Origin: Octopus bimaculoides
Taxonomy: Eukaryota
NCBI RefSeq assembly: GCF_001194135.2
Contig: NC_068989.1
Span: 16,621,803 to 16,674,081 of the forward strand
Reading direction: 5' to 3'
DNA length: 52,279 bases
Position 1 is the stretch's first letter, and every line of letters starts with the position of its first letter. The notes under the pieces were generated by a model that saw only the letters and a list, made by a program, of their open reading frames with translations, searched no databases and had not been told where the DNA came from. Positions 25,860-39,860 of the stretch are shown one piece after another. Made by a program: the position numbers and the translations under genes.

Positions 25860-27400
25860 CTAGCGAGCCTCCCAGCCTTTGGCCCAGTCTGTAGGGTGTT
25901 GAAATGTATTCATAAGGCACATATTGGCATCTATCATAATGCCCATGTTCCTTACAATAAAAGTTGTTACAAAGTATTTAAATATCGTATAATATAATTT
26001 TAAAAATTTGTTTAGAATATCTAAATATAGAAAGTAATAAAGATAACAATAGAGAAATGTATTGTACAAAAATTATAAAACACTTACAGAACTTCAGTAT
26101 ATACAATGTTTTAAACTTTTTCCTTTGAAACATATATGAAGAGTTTCTGTGGGCTTGCTACTCTGGAACAACCTACATACAATTGACCATGTGAGAAACA
26201 GCCTTCTAGATGGAGACCGATAACTTACAGTGCTTGATACTTGTTAATGGTCATTGAGTAACTGACTCACACTGGAAATTGCAATCGTTTTAAACAAAGG
26301 GGGACATTTGTTGGTTTTGTAGGTATAAATATGATGTCTCTTTCTGCATCCAGTGAGGAATTTTGCTTCAATAATGTGAGGCTATAAGTTCAGTCACAAC
26401 CACATGTGTACCATTGTACAATCTTGGCTGATCCAGGTTTCTGAGAAGCATGATGATTGCGCCCTTCTTCAATTCAAGGTTATGTGGCGGTATTCTGGAC
26501 GGTTCCAGACTTGGGAAATTCAACAGGATAATGAACTGCGTTGTCCTTGTCGATAGATTTATAGATGTGGTTACCTCCATCCCCACTCTGTCTTTTTTTT
26601 TCTCTGTAACCCCCTTTCTGTCTCGCGTATTTTTTCTTCAAAGAGAAATTGGTAGGGGTAGTGAGAAAAATAAACACATATACAACCAGTCAGAGATAGT
26701 GATAGAGATATAGAGAAGGGCATATATAACCTCCTTTCTCTCGCGTGTTTTTTTTTTTTCGAGAGAGAGAGAGAGAGAGGTAGAGGTGGTAAGAGAGATA
26801 GACATAAAGCGGGACAATACACAGAAAGCATAGGGCCAGCGGCGACTTCAAAGGAATTAATATAATGACTAAAGTTAGAGAAAGCTGGAGGTGGATTGAG
26901 TGATAGGGGGAGTATTTTTTTTCACTCTTATGGTGAAATAGACAATAGATGGATTGCTAGAAATAGGAACCAATACACCACCAAAATTCGTTTTCGGAAA
27001 ATAAGTGCACATGTGTGGAATAATCAAATTAATTTAATTGACATGAAGATCTTGAGATATCAATTGTGTTTAGTGTTTTCAACAGTCAACATACAAATAA
27101 ACTTTGCTTTTTATATTTAGTGTTTTCATCGGTTAATGTACAAACGAACTTTGCTTTTTATAAGGATATAGACATTACTGTGAAATAGACAGTTCGTGGG
27201 TTGCTAGAAATAGGAACCAATACACCATTAACTGCATCCCCCCCCCACACACACACACACACACACATTCCGTTTTCAGAAAATAAGTGAGTTATTTGCG
27301 GAATGGTGAAATTAGTTTAAATGACATTGAAAAACCGGAAATATTAATTTTATTTATAGCAGTCAACGTACAAAGTTTGCTTTTTTTTTAAGGATATATA
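25860..27400 (-). mobile_element. Internally deleted Helitron with a PIF1-helicase fragment (about 26335-26590) and a duplicated 5' end
   Basis: Minus translation YKSID...HYPVEF/SLEPSRIPPHNLELKKGAIIMLLRNLDQPRLYNGT is Helitron/PIF1-like. 3' end ...GCCAAAGGC..GCTCGCTAG|T at 25860; 5' ends TCTATATCCTTATAAAAAGCAAAG at 27172 and a variant at 27400; A|T insertion context. Helicase call is strong, termini moderate. Confidence 0.7.
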
Positions 27401-27639
27401 TCCCCAAGTACACCCAAAAGGAATTCCTGCTACTGAATTGAATTTAGTTCAATGCTGAGAGTTAAGGTTTTCTAACATAATATTGCAAAGAGGCATTTTT
27501 TTCCCTTAAGTTCATCACATGTCACTATTGACATGCTTGTCATTGACTCATCACTGTTCTAACAAGATGTAATAAACTAATGTATTTAATTGTGAAAGCA
27601 GAAATTAACACAACTAATTAGGATGAAAATTAGCTTAGT

Positions 27640-28330
27640 AGAGATGCAGATAGGCGTATTATCGAGGAGCAGTAACTGAAATAATTTGCAAAAGAACAAT
27701 GTACTGTACCTAGCATTTGTTGACACAGAGAATGCTACACTATAGTCTGGACACTGAGAAAACTAGATTTAGATGAGTAGCTTGTGAGAGCAATGCAAAC
27801 AATTTACGGAGATACTGTCTTCAAAATGAGCTAGCAATAAATTCACTAAAGAATTTAGTGTTAAGGTAGGAGTCTGTCAAGATTTGATTCTCAGCCACTT
27901 CATTACAGAAGAGTTTGGTTGGCCGTCCATAGTAATTAACTAGTTCTCAAAACTAATTCTGCTGAAAGAAAGAAATTCCAAATATGAGAGCAAAACTAGA
28001 ATCAAGGAATCTTCACTCGGACGTTGTAAAGACAAGTCTTAGCAGAGAAAGAGGACGGGACTCAACTGCCACCTGTGAAAGTGGTACGAGGTGGGCATGC
28101 TCCATAGGATATGTAATGTTAGTGGACATGATTTATAGACTCGCATGAACAGAGTAAAACGGGTATGAGACGAATAAGATGTTTGCAAAAGACAAGACTG
28201 AGCTGCAACAGATGTGACTGATGTCGAAGATGACACTTGGATGAAGCGTTAGACAATCTAATTGGAAAACGAACATTAAGACACAAGATGATCTCCGGAG
28301 GCTGAATTTGACAATAGTCTTCTCAAATGG
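27640..28330 (+). pseudogene. Decayed RTE-clade LINE fragment (RT and C-terminus)
   Basis: LYLAFVDTE...LRKLDLDE*LVRAMQTIY...EFSVKVGVCQD resembles RTE RT domains; heavily interrupted. Confidence 0.65.
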
Positions 28331-29202
28331 TGAGATACTGATCCGGGGAAGATTTGTCTCTTAGGCAAAAACGATTGAATTACTAGTATATTAAGTTTCG
28401 TTTCATTGCTTTAATGTTCTTTGGAACATATCTATGGGGATTCTTTTAGCCAGCACGTTTTCTGTCCAAGAGTTGAATTGTTTTACAATCGTAATGCTGG
28501 CTAATACCTATAGGTATATTCTATGGTACGTTATAGCAATGAGACAAAACACCATTAACACATCTGTAATTTAATGATCTCGCTGCCAACAAAATTGTTA
28601 AAATATGCACATTGGTTTATCAAGTTTACTTTAGCCCTAATATTAGTGGGTTTATAGGCAGTGTGTTCGTGGATAGGTGGGGAAAGTACACAGTTACTGG
28701 TCCTAATTGCAACAAGAATCGAAACACGTGTACAGTTTCTTTTCTTTTTCTATCCACAGATGATTGATTAGACGTATTTTCTAAAACCGTCTAATGACTG
28801 AAACAGATAAAAGATAATGTAAAAAGAAGCATACATTAAATATTGCGTAACTAAACTGAGACACGTGACTTCGATGCGATTTATAAATTCGGTCCTCGTG
28901 GACCAGTTGACAGAGTAATTGTGTTGTTCAGTTTCACTTCATTTTGATATTTGTTAACAACTCTAACTCGGAAATGAATGGTTATAAAACCTGTTCTGCA
29001 ATGTCTGAATATTTCTTTTGTATTAATAATATTCAGCAAATGTCAATCGATAGTTCTGCAAATTTTGATTTTTCAATGAAGTAATACAGGATATGTCGGT
29101 TAGTTGGTCTTATTCTGCTCCAATGAAATTAGTATTATCCTGAAAACTCACAAATAATGGAGAAACTGCACATTGAAAATGACTGGCAAGAAGACAAATT
29201 AG

Positions 29203-29834
29203 GGATCTAGTTCAAAACGGGGGCACCAGTTTTCATTTATGTTTTATGTAGTGTTTTTGGTACCGAAAGACTTTCGAACTTCGTATACTTATCTATTTTG
29301 TGTTATAGAACAGAAAAAAATTTTTGTATTCGAATTTATTTCATGTAAAAAATTGTCTTATTTCGATAATTTCTACTAATCACTGACGTCTATTCAGTTG
29401 AAAACAGTTAGCGCTGTAACGGTGTATATCGTATTAATACCCTAACCCTAACTAAACTGTTAACCGTAACCGTAACCCTAACCCTAACTCTAGAATCCGA
29501 ACTCTAAAATTGTTACACACATAGATACGCACAGCGTAATTTATTATATAAACAATATATGCGTATAAATTACGATTAAACCGGATGAAATATGTCACAG
29601 GGAATAACATTTTTATGACCGCCCAGCAGTAACTCTATTCAGCTGAATAGACGTCAGTGATTGGTTGAAATTACAGAAATACGACAACTTTAACATGGAA
29701 TAACTTGAGATGTACGTTTTTTTGTTAAGAAGACTAAGAGTAAAAGATGTTTTATATGACACATTCTACCAGTGTCCCAAGTTTCAAAGTGTTTCGTTAA
29801 GAAAATACTGGTGTCCCCGTTTTGAAATAGATCC
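29203..29834. mobile_element. TIR MITE (Merlin-like GG termini), copy 1, with internal inverted repeats and a (CCCTAA)n-like core
   Basis: TIRs GGATCTAGTTCAAAACGGGGGCACCAGT / ACTGGTGTCCCCGTTTTGAAATAGATCC; homologous in opposite orientation to 33679-34247. TSD eroded. Confidence 0.85.
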
Positions 29835-30230
29835 GAAAAAATAAATAAAAGAACAAAGTATGATGAGTCTTACAGATAAGTTTAATGTTCACATATGAAT
29901 GCTCACTATAGTACCTTTGCATGATCAACTGCGTCTGCATTGTAAAATCACGGAAACATGTTGAAGTCTTACTTCTTGAGTGTCACTTTAAGACACCAGT
30001 GTTCTGGAGAAGGCCTCGATCTCGCTCGTCGAAACAAATTTTCTAGTATACCCTACATTGATTCGTTATCGTGGTATAGCAAGACCTAGGATTGGAACCC
30101 TTGTCTTTATGATATCTGGCTAGTACAACGAATGAAATATGCAATGTTCTATTTATGCATGTTCTATTTATTGACCAATCGCTTTGCAGGAGATCATGAC
30201 ACAAAGTCATCACATTATGAGATAAGAAAA

Positions 30231-30447
30231 GAGCAGTGAGCTGGCAGAATCGTTAGCAAGCCGGGCAAAATGATGAGCGGCATTTCGTCCGTCTGCACGT
30301 TCTGAGTTCAAATTCCGCCAAGGTCGATTTTGCCTTTCATCCTTTCAGAGTCGATAGAATGAGTATCAGTTGAGTACTGGGGTCGATGTAAACGACTTAG
30401 TCCCTTTCCCGAAATTTATGACCTAGTGTCAAACTTTGAAACTAATA
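30231..30447 (+). mobile_element. SINE family B
   Basis: GTGAGCTGGCAGAATCGTTAGCAAGCCGGGCAAAATG...GCCTTTCATCCTTTCAGAGTCGATAG. Confidence 0.88.
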
Positions 30448-31535
30448 TGAGATGAGATCATCATTTCAAATATCCTTGAGATTCTTACCTTTTTCTCTGA
30501 GTAAGCAGTTTGGCGTTAAATACATCCGCAGAAGTAGAGAGCAATCAAGGAACGCACATCTCAACTCTCGCCATAAGCAAACCAGACCAGGGCAGAGGCT
30601 TAGCAAGATTCGGCAGATTCACATCTGCTGGCCTCTCGCCCCAAGAAAACCAATGGCTGAGTAAACACAGATAAGGAAACGTAATAGCACTCTTGTTCAA
30701 AGCAAACTAGAAATGTGGGTAGATTCGGATAAACTCGCATCTCATTTTTCATTTTTAAGACCAATTCGTTCCTATCTCTAGAGTAAGCCACTAATTACTG
30801 TAGAACTTAGATACTGTAAAAGTATCCTACGTTTCTACCGGCTACTTTTCTTCGCGACGATGGTGACCCGACTCAAACAAGCTATTTTACCAGGACATCA
30901 TTCCATATCATCGCAACAGTGGTTTAGTTGAGCAATATATATCAGCGAGATAGCCTAGTTGGGCACATCAAATAACCTGTTAAATATTGAGCGCATACAG
31001 GTTTTTACTCTCTTGGTTCTTAAATGCATTGCCCTGTAGGACAACGTACGCAATTTGATATGAACAAAAGGGGGAGAAACTGAGTTCCATCGCATTACAA
31101 AGTTGTGACAAGGCAGAAATGTGGACATCTTGATTTAATAAAATTAATCATTTCCACAGTCTAAGTATACAGAGTGATAAATATCGGAAATCCGTTATAT
31201 AAAAGCCCTGCGATCAAATCGCGAGTTGAAATGAAAGCCGGCTTCATCTTGCAATGCATGCACAATGAAACCTTAAAAATATTATCTCGCCTTTGGTGCT
31301 ATTGTTGCATGTTGCAACACAATATTCTCACCGAAGCTTCTCAGTTTGTTCAGTTGAAAATATCCATAGCTGTACTTTCGAATCCAAGGCAACAAAGGAA
31401 CTGTGAAAATACTTTTGTAAATATCTATATGGTGAATGAGTGCTGTAAGTTGTACCTTTCTAGTGACGTCTGTACTCTTAGCTAACTAATGTGAAGGTAC
31501 AACGAACTTTCAAGGATTCTTGATTTACGCTTCTG

Positions 31536-31804
31536 CAAATTTTTTGCACTATAAATTTTATTCTCACTTCACATTCAAACAACATTCCAAGGCAAAATGC
31601 GTAAGAGTTTTTCCTTAGCAAAAAAAGTAGTTTTATTTATTTAATAAAAAGAGTGAACGGGATCTAATATCTCGAAATAATGGTTCAAAACATCATGAGG
31701 GAAATTTTTTGTACTAGAAATTCTATGTTCATTTCAACTTTTAATGTTTCTCCAAATTTTTGCACTATAAAATTTATTTTCATTTCACATTTAAAACAAA
31801 CTTC
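31536..31804 (+). repeat. Imperfect direct repeat of about 52 bp (31536-31588 and 31753-31804)
   Basis: CAAATTTTT(T)GCACTATAAA(A/T)TTTATT(C/T)TCA(C/T)TTCACATT occurs twice, about 217 bp apart. Confidence 0.8.
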
Positions 31805-31939
31805 ACCTCGGAACAAAACTTACAAGAAGGAAATGCAATGATACAGGCAAAAACGAAACCAACAGATAAGAAGCTCTAACATAAGCTGAGCACGAATGTG
31901 GTGGATACTTACAGCATCAGTGAAAATATCAACAATTAC

Positions 31940-32100
31940 GAAGAGAGAACATGGACTAAAAGTGAGTTGATGATCCCCGATAACAGAGAGAGGGGGCGGT
32001 CTGCGAAACATGAAGGATGAACAACGGACAGAATACCGGCAAAAAAGTCGAGAAAGGAATCGAGTACGAGAAGAAAACATGGTCGAAGAACAGTTGCTTA
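31940..32100 (+). pseudogene. Possible RTE-LINE C-terminal relic
   Basis: RTWTKSELMIPDNRERGRSAKH resembles the RTE RWTK..W.P...R.RGRP motif; weak. Confidence 0.3.
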
Positions 32101-32468
32101 ATTTGATAAATATTGGGTGCAGAGCATGTCCTCGGCGATGTGGTGTTCCTATGACGCTTCAATCAGAATGAACAATTTGTAGTTCAACGATACATCGAAG
32201 AAATGGATAGATTCTGTCCTTATTGCGACACTTTTCGAATCAGAAATTAATCTCAGACCCTCCCAAAGGGGGTTTCAGTGTCATTTACATATCAGGAAAG
32301 TTTGGTTCATTAATATTTCGTCAGAGAGGAAGGGCTTGTAAGAAACACATTTATGGTTTATGGTTTGTAAGGAACACATTATCCAAGATGCTAGTTGAGA
32401 AGTAAACTATGACATTACAAATTACCTAAATCCTAATTTTTTCAATAGCACCTATCTGTTGTCTAGGT

Positions 32469-32760
32469 CAGGGGTTTTCAAACTTTTTGACTTGCGGACC
32501 CCTTTATATTTCAGGCTTTACCTTAGGGACCCCCTTATAAACGCTTATGAAATTTATACATAAATATTTGCTTAAAATAACATACTTTTACATTTATTTA
32601 TTTAACAGTATTTAACAAAAAAGGTTTATTGTCAAAATATTTCGATTAAAAAACATACATAAAATCAAATTGCCCATAAAAAGTATTTGCTGTCCACGGA
32701 CCTCCTGTCTTGTCCTTGCGGACCCCCTGTGGTCCGCGGACCACAGTTTGAAAACCCCTG
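32469..32760. mobile_element. hAT (Charlie-like) MITE, 292 bp
   Basis: Perfect 16-bp TIRs CAGGGGTTTTCAAACT / AGTTTGAAAACCCCTG and a perfect 8-bp TSD GTCTAGGT (32461-32468, 32761-32768). Confidence 0.95.
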
Positions 32761-33224
32761 GTCTAGGTCCTCATCGTAAAAGAACTTTAACAGCTTGTAC
32801 AGGTCAATAAGGTCAACGTAATTTTTTATTCGGAATGAATGCCCTCCTGGTAGAACGATGGACGTTTCGTTTGTACGTTTCATTTTTGTCTTGGTTCCAT
32901 AGATTGAATCTCTTGCCTCAACCAACCACTTTACGTAGAGTACCGTGTGCATTTTATTTTGGCATCATCACTAGATAGAAAGAGAGAGGAGTGGGGGAGA
33001 AAGAGATTGCTTTGTCCCCAGCAGGACGAAAGAATTTTCTCTTTTTGCTTCCGTTGTTTCGAGGTAAACTGGACCGAGAGGGTGATAGTGGTGAAAGACA
33101 GAGTAGAGTAATAGGTAAGAGTAGGAAAGACTAACGACAAGAGCAGTAGATAGCAATTTACAAAGAATATAACGAGCGAATACAAAGGATCCCATTTAGT
33201 TAACTTATACTTCTCGGTTTCCAC

Positions 33225-33485
33225 CACCATTTTAACGACTGTTTTGTTGCGTTTGAGTCAGTAGATGAGTCTTCTCTTGGATTTTGTCGCCACTCATGAT
33301 GGTTTTTGCCATTTCCTTCATGAAATTCAGCTTCCTGAGATCAATCTTTAACACTTCGTCGCATGTCTTCCTCTTCCACGGTTTTTAACCACAAGTGTTC
33401 AGCCTCTTTTGATACAATTGACATTCTCCATACACATTACATATCCGTAAACATAATCCTCTCTCTTACACACTACACCTGACTG
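33225..33485 (-). mobile_element. 3' end of an RTE-like LINE
   Basis: Minus translation ...RKTCDEVLKIDLRKLNF.. (compare GRPRKTWDEVV..DL) followed by a CGTTAAAATGGTGGTGG tail. Confidence 0.55.
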
Positions 33486-33678
33486 TTCCTGTAGCTACCT
33501 TTTTTTTTCTCTCTGTTCATTTGTGCTAATATTACAGTCCATTGGAGCTTGTTCGCTCCATTCATTTTTAACATTCGGAATTCTGTATTCAAAGCCCATA
33601 TATTGCTATCATGCAACATCGCACTTCATGCGTAAGCATAACGCAATCAGCATTTTATTCTGAGTAAGAAATAATTTA

Positions 33679-34247
33679 GGATCTTTTTTAAAACGGGGGC
33701 CACATTTTTCATTAACGAAACACTTTGAAACTTTGAACACTGGTAGAATGTGTCATATAAAACATCGTTTTCTCTTAGTCTTCTTAAAAAAAAAAAAAAA
33801 GAAATCCATAAGTTATTCCATGTTAAAGTTGTATTTCTGTAATTTCAACCAATCACTGACGTCCATTCAGCCGATATACATTAAGTGCCGACTACATAAA
33901 CAAACGATTCTGAAACAATTAACCCTAACCCTANNNNNNNNNNNNNNNNNNNNNNNNNNNNNNNNNAAAATGAAAAAAGCAAATAAAACGAAGGTATGGA
34001 GATTAAATACGCTTTACACCGCTTAATCAGCCAAAGGAATAAATGTAAACAACTGAATACTTGTCAGTGATTGGTTGAAATTATCGAAATAAGACAATTT
34101 TTTACATGAAATAAATTCGAATACAAAAATATTTTTCTGTTCTATAACACAAAATAGATAAGTATACGAAGTTTGAAAGTCTTTCCGTACCAAAAACACT
34201 ACGTAAAACATTAATGAAAAATGTGGCCCCCGTTTTAAAATAGATCC
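33679..34247. mobile_element. TIR MITE (Merlin-like), copy 2, inverted relative to copy 1
   Basis: TIRs GGATCTTTTTTAAAACGGGGGCCACATTTTTCATTAA / TTAATGAAAAATGTGGCCCCCGTTTTAAAATAGATCC; perfect 8-bp TSD ATAATTTA (33671-33678, 34248-34255); AACCCTAACCCTA runs into the gap. Confidence 0.9.
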
Positions 34248-34925
34248 ATAATTTATTAACAGCAGGCATAAAAGCTTTCTGAACCTTTTACTATCCTATT
34301 CTTACTCTGACCGCCATGCTTTCGGAGTATTCACTTCTGCTGCTAATTAGGTCACATAGTTGGATAGGTAGGTACGTATGTATATTGGAATGACATAATT
34401 ATTTATTATCTGCTTACAGATTAGCACCAGGCCAATCCTGATCAGAGGTATTTCAGCAATGAACATTTCACTCTTCGTGTATTCTCAGAAACTATGTTGT
34501 TATGTTGCCTAGTGTATCTTTGGTGTTTAGCTTTCAATCAATTAGGTAGTAAGGAACCAGACATTGAATAAAAGCATTCTAGTCATGACTATCCTTGTCA
34601 AGTACTGGGACCAATTTGATATTCCAATAAATCTTTCTCAGTGTAAATGCAATTATAACAGAAGATTAGACTATCGCCTCAGCAAATTGTAGCCTAGTTA
34701 CTATGCCAGTCTTACAAATACCATTATTAACCCCCTTGTATTCTAGTGATTAGCTGTCAAATTTGGTCTGAATCACCTGGTATTGAAATGTTATGACTGT
34801 CCCAATCAGTAGTAACATCATTATGTAAGAACTATCTTAAATGTTGTGCATTTAGAGTAAGATGACATCACAAAACTGACATCTCTCCCTAAGTCATAGT
34901 CAGAGGATAAGTTGAATCATATGCT

Positions 34926-35326
34926 GTTGTTGTTGGCACTCCGTCGCTTACGACGTCGAGGGTTCCAGTTGATCTGATCAACGGAACAGCCTGCTGGTGA
35001 AATTAACGTGCAAGTGGCTGAGCACTCCACAGACACGTGTACCCTTTATGTAGTTCTTAGGGATATTCAGCGTGACACAGTGTGACAAGGCTGACCCTTT
35101 GCATTACAGGCACAACAGAAACAGGAAGTAAGAGTGCGAGAAAGTTGTGGTGGAAGAGTACAGCAGGGTTCGCCACCATCCCCTGCCGGAGCTTCGTGGA
35201 GCTTTAGGTGTTTTCGCTCAATAAACACTCACAACGCCCGGTCTGGGAATCGAAACCGCGATCCTATGACCACGAGTCCGCTGCCCGCCCTAACCACTGG
35301 GCCATTGCGCCTACACGTGGAGGCGC
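34926..35326 (-). mobile_element. Full-length SINE family A with an inverted copy of its own 5' end
   Basis: 11-bp TSD AATCATATGCT (34915-34925, 35327-35337); ATTGCGCCTACAC|GTGGAGGCGCAAT palindrome at 35304-35329. Confidence 0.92.
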
Positions 35327-35849
35327 AATCATATGCTACATGCTAATGAAACACACGTAGCTTCCTCAGCTTACAATTAATTACATGTACTCTGTTTATG
35401 GCACTTATTTTCAGCTCTACAGACTAAATCAATTCGAACTTGAGTGTCTCGAATGCTTGGAATGCTAACTTGGTCATCTACAGTTTTAACAAGAATCATG
35501 CTGTTATTCTACCAATAATAACAAAGTGAATAGTTCTATAAAAAATACATTTTTTGAATGCCTACCAAATAAGAGTTCACACATTTGCATGGAATTACAA
35601 ATGCTTTTTTAATTTTTTTGCTAGGAAGTAGCAAAGAGATGGGTATAGGGAATTGGATGATCTCAGTAGATAACTGATACTTTATTGATTAAGAGAAATA
35701 TACAAAATCAAAGTCAATTCTTAAGATTTTAATTCAGGATTTAGAATGTTGACAATATATTTCCCTGAACATTAATCTCTGTGCCCTATTGTTTTTTTTT
35801 TTGCCACTCCAACAAATAAGAAAAAAATACAAAGTAAAGGATTTAGATC

Positions 35850-35855
35850 TTTATT
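35850..35855 (-). terminator. Candidate polyadenylation signal AATAAA of gene B
   Basis: TTTATT on the plus strand, 33 nt beyond the stop codon, followed by T-rich sequence on the minus strand. Confidence 0.6.
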
Positions 35856-35888
35856 TGTGGGAGAGTGGTCACAATATTACTGAGTGAT

Positions 35889-37040
<1,152 letters not shown>

Positions 37041-37052
37041 TCATGTGAATCA

Positions 37053-37418
<366 letters not shown>

Positions 37419-37466
37419 CTATGCATACATATACATCATCTCTACATGAGTATATGNNNNNNNNNN

Positions 37467-37517
<51 letters not shown>

Positions 37518-37879
37518 GAAAATTATAAATGTCATCTGAAATAATTCTGTAGTTAGGAAAAGACTTCTGATCAATAATGTAGCTTCAATAATCAATGGCA
37601 AGTATGAGAGATAACCCTGGAGACAGTTTTTATTAGGCTCAACTTTATTGGGACCCTAGTGATGAATGAATCATTAAGTTGATATAAAAACATCAATGAA
37701 ATTTAGTTGATTCCATTAATGCCTTCTTTAATCATTGAACTACCTACTTATAGAATTACTATGTAAGTGATCAAGTATTCCATAAATACACGCTCTCTGA
37801 ATATAACTGTCAATCAGAACAAGTTTGACACAGGGTAATAAAGGTGGTTATTTTGTATCATTGTACAGTCTATCCAATA

Positions 37880-38012
37880 GGCTTCTATAGTTTCTACTTA
37901 CCCAACTTGAGTCACAAATCTTGGGTTGACCTGAAAGCCAAAGAACTTGTCCAAGATGCCAGGTAGTGGGACTGAACCTTGCACCACATGATTACAAAGT
38001 AAATTACTTAAA
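37880..38012 (-). mobile_element. Degenerate CORE-like SINE (family D)
   Basis: Reverse complement contains GGTTCAGTCCCACTACCTGGCATCTTGGACAAG. Confidence 0.6.
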
Positions 38013-38873
38013 CAATCAATAAGTCATGTAACCATTAGACATGTTTCTTTTCTTTATGGATTCTGTTGTTATCATAATGGCTGGTAAGCCACTAAACTAG
38101 CAAGATAGACATCCATTAATCCTCATTTTAGACCTGCTTGCCATATTGGCACAAATTGGACAGGTTGTCACATTCTGAGTTAATCCATATTTGGGGTTAG
38201 TCCCTTCCTAGACATGTTGCAAGACTAAAACTTGCATTTAGTTCATTATTGCAGGCTTTCTATGGCTAAATGCCCTTGCAAATATTTACAACTATACAAA
38301 GTGCAGGTGATTTTAACATTGTACAAGTACTATAAAATTTGCAACACCCTCAACAAGAATAAAGACATCTCTTTAAGTTCATTCATTAAACAACCACTTA
38401 ACAACATACTGGGTTCATTTTATTATGGCACCAGCACTAAAGAAGTTGACCTGTCCAATGCAAGGCTGAAAAAAAAAAAAAGAACCTCTTTATGTTGTTC
38501 CTATTTGTTCAGGGCAAATGTGACCAAGGAAGTAAACAAAAGAGAACAGAACAAGTATTATAGGGTTAGGAGGAAAACAAGAGTTAGAGGAGTGTAAGTA
38601 TAGTATGGAAGAGAGTGAAGGGTAGTAATAAATAAGCAGTAAATGCAGCCGTTCTGTGAGAGGTGATATTGATGCTGTTAATGTTCTGTTTCAAATGTCG
38701 TAAGTCAACACCTGCAAGAAAAACACGACTGAAGAAAGGGAGAGTCGGATGTATTAAGACAGGAAGTGGAGAAATGACTGGATCAGAGGTGCCTAAATGA
38801 CAGAAGTATGTGACCAGCCAGCCAGCCAGGTATCTCAGTCTTTTAAATTATACTTTTGTTAATGACATATATA

Positions 38874-39774
38874 CATAGGTGGCATCAAAAAGTTCCAGGA
38901 CTAGTTATGTTTAATAAAAAATAACTTATATATCTAAGTTTTAGTATCATCTCCTTTGAAATGGTCACCTTGCACCACAATACACCGGTCCAAGTGTTCC
39001 TGTTACTTTTGTAATCTGGCCTGGAAGTCGTTTTCCATAAGCAAGTCGAAAGCCTTCTGCAATTCGCTCTGGATCTTGACAATGGTGCTAAAACAGTAAC
39101 TTTTGAGTTACATTTTCATCTTGGGGAAGAGATCGAATGTCCGCAGGTGCTAAATCTGGTGAATAGGGCGGGTACAGAAGCGATATCATGTTTTTTGATG
39201 AGAAACTCAAGAGGGAGGGGAGCTCACTGAGGAATCCAATTCTTCACATTCCACAGATCCAGTCACTTTTGCCAAACGTCTTCCCTCGAATACTTCAAAA
39301 CCTCACAGTAGAACTCTCGATTGATGATCTGACCCTGGGGGATGAATTCTTGATGCACACTACCACATTTCTAGGAGTGATGCTTATGGCAGATCTCCCA
39401 GATTGCTCATCATCTTTCAGGGATGTTCTTCTGCTTTTGAAACACCTATGCCACTTGAAACATTGCATATGACTCATTGCCTCATCACCGTAAGCTCGCT
39501 GAAGCAGGCTCAGTGTCTCAGTAGCAGACTTCTCAAGTTTAATGCAAAATTTCATGTTAGCTCTCTTTGTTCCAGTCTATGACAAAATTGCAAACTACAG
39601 CATACACATGATCACAAAAACACAAATTTCACAACTTGCGAAATAAACCCAGCAATGTCACTTGGCACACTGTTTCATGAAGGTCACTGTTAGCTCTCAT
39701 GGTGCACACAACCATGTGCTGCCATCTATTGGCACACTACAAAACTAGTTTGGGAACTTTTTGACACCATCTCA
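38874..39774 (-). mobile_element. Internally deleted mariner element (about 900 bp) with both TIRs
   Basis: TA-flanked TIRs CATAGGTGGCATCAAAAGTTCCAGGACTAGTT / AACTAGTTTGGGAACTTTTTGACACCATCTCA; N-terminal KFCIKLEKSATETL...AYGDEAMS and C-terminal PPYSPDLAP (about 39146-39172) on the minus strand. Confidence 0.92.
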
Positions 39775-39860
39775 TACATTCAGTTTTGTTTATTCACATT
39801 TCAAAATCTATTACTATTGTTGATGTTGTTTTATGGCTAACAAGCAGCTTATCAATACTA

